Assembly (NCBI GenBank): GCA_033442325.1
Contig: JAWQFM010000024.1
Span: 110,954-174,953 of the forward strand
Length of the DNA: 64,000 bases
Reading direction: 5' to 3'
Origin: Salpingoeca rosetta
Taxonomy: Eukaryota; Protista; Choanoflagellata
A model generated the notes under the pieces. That model was not told the DNA's origin. It made no database searches and was given only the letters and a program-made list of their open reading frames with translations. Made by a program: the position numbers and the translations under genes. Positions 51,817-64,000 of this stretch are shown here, one piece after another; the first letter of the stretch is position 1; the number at the start of each line of letters is the position of its first letter.

Positions 51817-53064
51817 ATGGACAACAGCAGCAGGCGGTGTGGCTGCGGTGGCCGCGGCGGAGGCAGGGATAGCAAGTCGAACATGGAGGGGCGGAGACGA
51901 GAAGGACGACGGTTACGGCGAGGTGGCTCGGTTGTTGGAGCTGTGGTAGCTCTGGTGGCGGCGGTGGTGACAGTGATGGTGGTGATGGAGGCAGACACGG
52001 CATGGGGAAGGGAGTTTCAGCAGTGCGAAGAAGGAGAGGTGTGTATTGGCACAGCATGCTTTGTGCTGGAGGGGGGAGGTGGCATCGAGGGCTACCACCT
52101 GCCGTGTTCCGTCTGTCGGTGCGTGCCACGCGAGGGCGGCTTGCTCCTGCATCCCCTGGACCGCCCGCCCTGCCCGCTGGAGAAGCTGCGGCCCAAGTGG
52201 GTCTTCTACAAGAACATGCACCACAGCATGATGTTCCCGACCCGCTGCCAGATGAACTTCTACAACCAGACACACCTCTGGCAGGAGCTGCAGCGGCGCA
52301 ACGGCATGTGGATTGCCATGGTCGGCGACAGCCTCATCCGCTCCGTCTTTGCAAGCCTGCTCGACCTCTTCTTGCCCGGCCCCGTCAAGGAGTACACCTC
52401 TTTCGAGAAGGACGTGTACCACCTGGACCACCTCATCTGCTGCCGTGCGCCAGACGACTGCGTCGGCGAGATCCGCACTGACCCGGATGCCGTCTTCACA
52501 GACATGGTGCAGCGGCACATGAGGCACAGCGGCGTCAGCTGCATCACGTGGCAGTGGGGTCGCTACGCGGACGATGACCTCATCAAGGCCACCGCGCGCC
52601 TGGCCGCCAGCTCCCCTGCACCGGCCGCCATCGTCGTCAACCCGGGCATCCACGGCCTTCTGCCGGGCTCACGCTTCATCAAGGAGCTCGACGGCATGGA
52701 GCGCTTCCTCAAACTGTGCGGCAGGCTCGGTCGGCAGACGCAGTGCATTGTGCAGACAACCGCGCACACGGGGTACAACCGCACCGACGCTGTCACCTAC
52801 AAGCACCTGCGCCTGCGCCAATACATTGCAGCATACAACGCGGGCGTGATTGAGCTCATCCACGCCTACGGAACGGCCAAGTACGTCGACGCGGGCCGAC
52901 TGTCACGCTCCCCGCTGATTCGCGCAACCATGTCTGGCGATCGACTGCACTTCTTGAAGGATCCCGTTATCTTTGGGCCCGTCATTGCGCAGAGCATGCT
53001 CAACCTCTTGGTCAGCCCGTGCGACGACTGCCTCACCGTGGAGGCGCTCGAGAACTTTTTCTGA
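51817..53064 (+). CDS. Intronless type II membrane SGNH/PC-esterase (Cas1/TBL/PCED-like acyl-esterase or transferase)
   Basis: N-terminal TM VVGAVVALVAAVVTVMVV; IAMVGDSLIR (GDS), VVNPGIH, GDRLHF (DxxH). Confidence 0.82.
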   Translation: MDNSSRRCGCGGRGGGRDSKSNMEGRRREGRRLRRGGSVVGAVVALVAAVVTVMVVMEADTAWGREFQQCEEGEVCIGTACFVLEGGGGIEGYHLPCSVCRCVPREGGLLLHPLDRPPCPLEKLRPKWVFYKNMHHSMMFPTRCQMNFYNQTHLWQELQRRNGMWIAMVGDSLIRSVFASLLDLFLPGPVKEYTSFEKDVYHLDHLICCRAPDDCVGEIRTDPDAVFTDMVQRHMRHSGVSCITWQWGRYADDDLIKATARLAASSPAPAAIVVNPGIHGLLPGSRFIKELDGMERFLKLCGRLGRQTQCIVQTTAHTGYNRTDAVTYKHLRLRQYIAAYNAGVIELIHAYGTAKYVDAGRLSRSPLIRATMSGDRLHFLKDPVIFGPVIAQSMLNLLVSPCDDCLTVEALENFF

Positions 53065-53397
53065 CGTATTCTTGTGTTCTTGTGTGTGTGTCTGTGCGTG
53101 CGTGTTCTTGTGTATGTCTGTGCGTCTGTGCGTCTGTCTGTCTGTGTGTCTGTGTGTCTGTGTGTGTGTGTGTGTTCTTTTCGAGCGTTCCTCGTTCATC
53201 GATGTCCGTCGCTCGTATCTCCTTTAGCTCTTACATCAAGCTTTAGTGTACGTATCACCTCATGTGTGTGTATGTGTGTGTCTTTCGTCTCTCGTGCCCC
53301 ACCATCCTTCAACAAACACACACGCGCGCGCTCTTTCCTCAGAGCATCTTCTCTGTCCATTTAGTGTCACATAAACAACTTCAGGCAGTGAACACAT

Positions 53398-53434
<37 letters not shown>

Positions 53435-53456
53435 TGTGTGTGTGTGTGTGTGTGTG

Positions 53457-53596
53457 TTATGACGACTTGTCAAGGTCCCGCAGCATGGCTTGCTTCGTGC
53501 GCGCACGCCCTTCTTCACTGCAGTCCGGAGAGATGAATGAGGTGAGGACGGCAGTGGGAGCGTGTGATGTGTCGACCATCTCACGCATAAATGCAC

Positions 53597-53663
<67 letters not shown>

Positions 53664-54161
53664 CACACACGTACGGTGTGATGATGGGCTGGAAGTCAAA
53701 CTCGGGTTTTGCGCGCGTGCCGATGAACCACTGCGACCAAAGAATGCCTGTGACGGCGCCAGGTGTCAACTGCAACAGCGACACACAAGTCAGTGAGTGC
53801 ATGTGGTAGGTGGTGATGGGAGGAGGCTAGAGGCCGGGCAATCTAGGAAGCAATCAAGGAACGTGAATGTGCATGACCACCACGAGCACACATGCATACA
53901 CGTTCTTCATTCACACTAACACGCTCTCTCTTCCTCCCTCCTTTTTGTGTCACACGTACGGTTGGAGTGTAGGTGACGACTGGAGAGAGGACCCACGCAA
54001 GTGCCATGTTGATGTAGGCCAGCAAGATGACCTGGTCAAGCCACAGCGCAGATTTGCACGCGAGTCAGCCATCATGCGTTGACATGCACAACACCAATCA
54101 CCCTCTGACGACAACAGATGCACACACCACACACACACACACGCACATGTACACACGTACA

Positions 54162-54233
<72 letters not shown>

Positions 54234-54408
54234 AGCCATGCTGGGATGTACGGCCATGCTGGCGGCATCCTGTACCCGGCGGCCTCAACAAACTCCTCAA
54301 AGAACTCCCTGCAAGAAGAAGGAAGAAGGAACAAGAAAATCGCGCCATCGGTGATGGTATGTCATATCACAAACAACGTGTCCCTGCACAACTACAAACA
54401 AACAAACA

Positions 54409-54452
<44 letters not shown>

Positions 54453-54455
54453 ACA

Positions 54456-54500
<45 letters not shown>

Positions 54501-54723
54501 CAACACACCAGAAGTTTTCTGCGGTTGTGGTCTCTGAGAGGAGATAGGCGCGGCCCTGGCACCGCGGATCAGCACGAAGGAGCTCGCGTGCCGCACACAC
54601 GTGCGCGTGGGCCACGTTCTTGACGTAGATGTGCGTCATCACAATGTCGGGGCTGCCGAGACGAACAGCGAGGGAGCCCGATTTGGCTGCGTTCATCACA
54701 TTGGGCAAGTGGTACGGATCACG

Positions 54724-54775
<52 letters not shown>

Positions 54776-55434
54776 ACAGGCACAGGCAATCACAGGCACA
54801 ATCATGATCGGTGAGACGACTGCAATAATGTGTGTGTGTGTGTGTGTCCATGCGCGTACGCTCTCATATCGACAAAAGTCACCGTGCCTGTGAACCGCCT
54901 CCCCCCTTCCACATTTACCCACGTGGCATGGTTGACCCACCTCTCCATACATGCCAGTGACCCGGAGGGCACACGTCCGCAGCTGCGTGCCGTTGACTGC
55001 CAGCACCTCCTGCTCTGCCTGCGCCTTTGTTGTTGCATATGCCCCGTACAGGAACTGGCTTGGTGTCGGTGGCACCTTGGCCTGCTCGTCCGTCACCCCG
55101 CGATGATGCTTGCCTCTCCTGTGTGTGCATGTATGTGTGTGTGCGTGCATGTGTGAGAGTGTGCGTGAGTGAGTGAGTGTGTGTGTGTGTGTGTGTGACG
55201 AATACAGCAACACAGACAGAGAGAGAGAGAGACACACACACACACACACTGTACGCCATCAATAGAAGGCGGCGGTATGTTGCGTGTGTATGCGTGTGCC
55301 TGCTCTTTGCATCATACCAGCAAACAACATCCATGGTGCTCGTGAAGACGAGGGCAGGCACCTGAAAACACACAGTGCGCGAGGCATTCAGTGTCAGCCT
55401 TGAGATTGCAAAACAGGCGCCCCCTCCCCCACAG

Positions 55435-55481
<47 letters not shown>

Positions 55482-55965
55482 CAGACGTGACAACATGGCA
55501 AGTGCACGGTGACATACGTGCTGCTCCAGGCACGCCGTGATCACGGTCTGTGTGCCGACGACGTTCACCTACCAAACGGATTCAAATGCACCGCACCAGC
55601 TCATGAGAAGGGGACAAGGAGGGGGCTACTGGCTCGTGTTCGTGGTTATGGCTGTGGGTTATTGGTTGTTTATGTGGGCTGTTGCTGTTGTTTTGTTTGT
55701 TGCGACGAGATGCAGATCCACGTATGCACCTGCGTCATGTGTGAAAACAAAACAAAACAAAAAACACACCTCGTGAAGCACGTGTGCAGGGCGCTGTCCC
55801 CAATCCACCAAGGCAGCCACGTGGAACACGACATCCGCGTCAGCGAAGGCCTTAGTCAAACACGCCGCGTCCGTGATGGAGCCAGTCACACTCACCAACT
55901 TCTCCCGCCCTTTGTGTCCAGCTGGAAACAACCAACTCAGATGCGTGAGCTCGGCGCGTTCGCCC

Positions 55966-55996
<31 letters not shown>

Positions 55997-56412
55997 TGCA
56001 CACACAAACACACACACACGCGCGCGCGTAGAGGCTAAGGCGCACCGATGATCTCGTTGTCGATGGGTCGAAGATCCAAGATCCGTACTTCGACATAGTC
56101 CTTGTCATCCAGCAACTCCTCCACCAGATGTGCTGTTGGAAGCGAGGTGATGTGATGGAGTCACACAACAGCAAAACAACACATCAGTCGTTGCGTTCGC
56201 ATGTGTGCACACACACACAGAGCTCACGCACACACTCACACAGCACACACACACTCACACAGCACACACACACGCACACACTCACACACAGAGCTCACGC
56301 ACACACTCACACAGCTCACACACACGCACACACACACACACACACAGCACGCACAGCCAAGGAAGCCCGCGGCGCCAGTGACCACGGCGATGCGTCCGCC
56401 ACTCCTCGTCAT
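53457..56412 (-). CDS. 3-beta-hydroxysteroid dehydrogenase/decarboxylase-like extended SDR (NSDHL/ERG26/HSD3B family), multi-exon
   Basis: VVTGAAGFLG, VVFHVAALVDW, VNVVGTQTVITAC, LVFTSTMDVV, YATTKAQAEQEVLAVNG, LRTCALRVTGMYGE|RD, YVKNVAHAHVCAA, C-terminal hydrophobic segment. Confidence 0.92.
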
Positions 56413-56948
56413 TGTGTTGTCAGTCAACACTGTCCTCCTGAAGCGGACGAATGATATGGTGAATTATCGTTGCGGCTTGTCAAAATTCTTTTATTTTTTC
56501 ATGGTGCCACCCTGACCGTTACACGCATCGCATACCACCACTACTTGTGCCACTTGTGCCAAGCACCCTGACACCAACCCGTGGCCCACTCTCCCTTCTT
56601 GCACACCCACGCACGACCTTGGCTGGTGCCACCACAAGCAGATTCGGGGGGTGAGCGGACACGCACACACACCAAATACAGAGGAGACGACAAGAGACAA
56701 CACTAAGCAAGAGAGGACGCCAGCACTCTCATCAGTCCTTCGAGGTTGAGCAACCGACGTCCTGGCTTTGTTCTTGGTGTATTCGAGCAAGTGCCGCTCA
56801 GTACCAAACTCACAGCAGAGGTGGCTCGTGGGTTTTTTTGTTTTGTGCACTGCGTGCAGGTTTCAGCGCTTTTTGGAACTTGGCGGTAACGGAACATCAA
56901 TCAGTCTGGTTCCCACCGGTTGCAGAGCAGAGAGAACTGAGAATCGAC

Positions 56949-57092
56949 ATGGACCCTTCCTCTGCTGCAGGTGAGTCAGCAAGCAGCAAGCGGCCAACAC
57001 CAACAAAGTTCTGGAGAGCTTCCTTCCAACGCCTCCCTTCCTTGCTTGGTCACTCTCCTTCGCAGCCACACACGCTCACACACTCTCACACA

Positions 57093-57131
<39 letters not shown>

Positions 57132-57139
57132 TCACTCAC

Positions 57140-57174
<35 letters not shown>

Positions 57175-59075
57175 CTCACGATGGCGAAGAGGCTGCGCCA
57201 CGTGTTGTACCGAGCCAGCCTGAGATTGCCGCGAGGTTTGCGGATGTACCCGGGTTTGAGGAGGGCGCGGCCTTGGTGCGAAACGGCAGGCTGCCAAAGG
57301 TCGACAGCGAGGTGCAGTCCCAGCGACGACGAAGGGTAGCGGCCATGCTGACGGAGACGGACATGTTCAAGCTCCCCACCAAGCTGTTTGAGCAGTTTCT
57401 GAATGACTCCGGGCTTGTTGACCCGCGGTTCAGTGGCTACTGTCGCTACCTGCGCGAGGCATGGTACAACTTCAAGGGCAAGCGGCTGCCAGACGATGTG
57501 TGCACGTACGGCTGTGGCCGTCTGGCTGAGTTTCGCGGCCAGATTGTCGACACGCGACTCTCTGTGGCCGGTGTCCGCTTCCTGGAGGACGAGCGCGAGC
57601 GGTACATGAACCGCATCCAACAGCAACGGAGTCGACAGCGGCGCAAGAAGCAGCGCAAGGCCGCCAGGACCAACCCAGATGCGCAGTCACCGCACGCCGC
57701 CCACCAGCCGCACGCCATGATCCGAGAAGAGTTCCTGCAGAACATACAGCAGCAACAGCAACAGCAGCAGCAGTTCTATCGTCAGCCACAGCAACAGCGG
57801 CAGTCGAAACCGCAACTACAACAGCAGCAGCAACAACAACAACAACAACAGCAGCAGCAGCAGTTCACCTCGTTGACCGTGCCCGTCACCTCCATGTACC
57901 CACAGCAGTTGCCAAGACCACATGGCCAACATGTGCCCGGCGAAGCCGCGCCGGAGGTGCGTGGGCAACCCCACATGCAACCGCAACAGATGCAGCCAGC
58001 TCACATGCGCATGCAGCCCATGCAGCCGTTCATCACCGAAGGCCCAGACACAATGGTGGCCGTGCCCGTGGTGAGCGTCGCTCCAGCGCCGCTCAGTCAA
58101 GACAGTGGCGAGCAACGGCACCAGTACACGTTGCAGTCACAGCAGGTCCACCCTGGTGGGGATGGCATAGGTGTGCTGCCACAACAGCATGCACGGGAAG
58201 GCGATGCGGTGGCCACCACCTTCGCGACCCCTGCACGAGTTCAGCAGAGCAACGACGCAAACACAATCGACAGCAGCAGCTCCGCATCAAGAGTGATGCC
58301 GTGGGGCACGCCACATGTGGCAGCAATGTCGCCACCCGGCGGAAAGAGCAGCAGCGCCATCAGCGATACACTGGGCACGCACACCATGCTGCGGCAATCC
58401 CCGATGAGGCTGCCACACTCACAATCACTTGTACAGCAGCAGCAGCAGCAGCAGCTTCACCAGCACCACCAGCACCAGCACCAGCAACCGCCAATGGGGA
58501 TGGTGTTTGTACAGAGCCCGACCCAGTTACACTCGGGGCAGGGGTATCCGCGGTTCATATATGTGAGCCAGCCGCCGATTGCGCTCACAGCTGTTCCACA
58601 GGATTTGCTGGACAAGCAAGAGAGCCCGTACAAGGTATTGCCACCGCCAGCCAGCGTGGCGAGCACGGCTGTGCAGCACCAAGCCGCGAGCATAACGTCC
58701 ACACAAGTGAGTGTATCCGCGGTAAATACACGAAGAAGCGTGGTGGCTCCGACGGCAGCGAGGAAAGACGGGTTTACTCGCAGCGTGAGCGATCCGGAGC
58801 CAACGAAACAGACCACCAGCAGTGGAGCTGGTGCTGCTGCTGCTGCAGCTGTACATGAGCAGCAACAGCAACAGCAACAGCAACAGGAGGATGGAGGCCG
58901 CAGTGACCGCGACACACATACGCCTGAGGCTGAATCACACCAGGGCGATCCGCAAAACGAAGAAACCCCTGGGGACGTCGGGGATACCGCCGCGATAGGC
59001 ATGGCGCGCACTGCCCATGTGCTCGCAGCGCCGAAGACCGTGGTGCATGGCAGCAGCAAGCTGCACCCTCAACAA

Positions 59076-59106
<31 letters not shown>

Positions 59107-59558
59107 CACCACCACCACAAGCGGTGGGAACTCTTGGGGCGGGAATAGGAGGTGGAATGGTGGAAGGTGCTGATGAGGGGTTGAGGCGACAGAGCGAGGG
59201 CGGCGAGGGTGATGCAGCGAGACGTGGGGTTTCACGGGCACAGAAGAAGCTGCTGCCTGTCTTGCGTGACATCACTGTTCCTCCTCCCCCTCAACAGCAA
59301 CAGCAGCAGCAGCAGCAGCAGGAGGAGGAGGAGTTATTGCTGAGGGGAAGTGCAAGAGAAGGAGCAGTGCATGAGGATCCTGTGCAGAGCAAGCGGCCAA
59401 AGCTAAGCACGCTGCTGCCGTCTTCAGAGGGAACTTCAACACCCGCCATGCAGATGGCCGTGGCAGCCAGCAATGTACCACCACCTGCATCCGCCTCGTC
59501 CTTGCCTACGTCTAGGCAGCCAACCCAACGCCAAGCCTCTCGGCATGAACAGGAATAG
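56949..59558 (+). CDS. Putative transcription factor with CNC/Maf-like helices and a bZIP basic region, no leucine zipper, Q-rich tail; one likely intron near 56972-57174
   Basis: LTETDMFKLPTKLFEQFLNDSGL ... LSVAGVRFLEDERERYMNRIQQQRSRQRRKK (N-x7-R), followed by about 630 aa of Q/P/S-rich sequence. Confidence 0.55.
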
Positions 59559-60403
59559 CACTTTGTGTGTGTATGTGTGTGAGAGAGTGAGAGAGTGAGT
59601 ATGTTTGTATTTGTATTTGTGTGTGTGTGTATGTATGTGTGTGCGAGGGGACGCAAGAGGAAAGCGAGTGAGTTCCACTGCGCTTTCCGGTTTAACCCTG
59701 CTTTCTTCAACGACTACTGTATGCACGACCAATGATCGAGTGACCGACTGACTGCCAAGCCAGCACCTGCTGCTTGATTGATTTTACCCTGTGCTTCATG
59801 ATATGAACCGTTGTTAGCTATGTTATCGCACATGCATGTGCATGTTCATGTGCTGCTTGATGGTTGATGCTTGATCTTTCACTGGGAAGCGGGGTTTGTG
59901 TTTGTCGTTGTGGTGGGTGTGTTTGTCGTTGTGATGACATTGCTGTCAGCGCTGGTGTGACAGCATAGTTGGTATGAGGACAAGTTGCTCCTGTTCCCTG
60001 TGCACGTCAACATCTGAGCCTCTGTCTTGCCTTGTCTTCAGCTCGTCCGTGTTCTTGCTCGTTCTCCACCTCCTCCTCTCAGCCCTCCCGTCCCAACAGT
60101 ACAGAGAAATAACGTTCATGTTGTGCACAAAGAGGTGGCGAAGTGATGGTGGAGGGTGGATAGAGGCTGATGGAAGGAAGAACAACCCATGATGGAATGA
60201 TCAAGGACAAAGATGCGAGAGGACTAGCTCGGGGCGACACAGCAACAGTCACAAAGCTCCAAGTCAAAGGACACAGGTGCAGGTACACTGGTGCACACAG
60301 ACACACGCTCCATCATCGAGCCATTGCGTCTATTGCGTGCTCTTGCTGTTTCTTCTTTCTTGCTTTTTTCTTCTTGCTTGACGGTTGCATGCATTTTCTG
60401 CTG

Positions 60404-64000
<3,597 letters not shown>

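Overview
Gene-dense eukaryotic DNA with GC-rich exons, short microsatellite-filled introns ((GT)n/(CA)n, (CAA)n, (CAT)n, (TCAC)n) and four 100-N gaps. Style and gene content suggest a choanoflagellate such as Salpingoeca rosetta (inference). Manual splicing gives about 18 genes. Left to right: 3' end of a UBE3B/C-type HECT ligase; YME1L i-AAA protease head-to-head with a 60-aa three-exon COX6C/Cox9 gene; TTC12 head-to-head with an apparently truncated SPF45/RBM17; a PH + IRS-PTB docking protein with Gab/FRS2-like tyrosine motifs; an unknown EF-hand-like protein head-to-head with a Nup153/Nup1-type FG nucleoporin; an intronless type II membrane LRR protein; a ZCCHC14/ZCCHC2-like protein. The right 24 kb is rich in lipid/sterol genes: sugar-1-phosphate nucleotidyltransferase, CCDC137, wax-synthase-type MBOAT, CYP51, a secreted 10-Cys protein, an SGNH/PC-esterase, a 3beta-HSD/NSDHL-like SDR, a putative zipper-less CNC/SKN-1-like factor and ADCK2. 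Best leads: the candidate sterol-modification neighbourhood with its possible regulator, the Gab/Dok/FRS2 composite adaptor and the LRR receptor. All family calls come from motif recognition by eye; no searches were run. Most entries in the ORF track are microsatellite artefacts.
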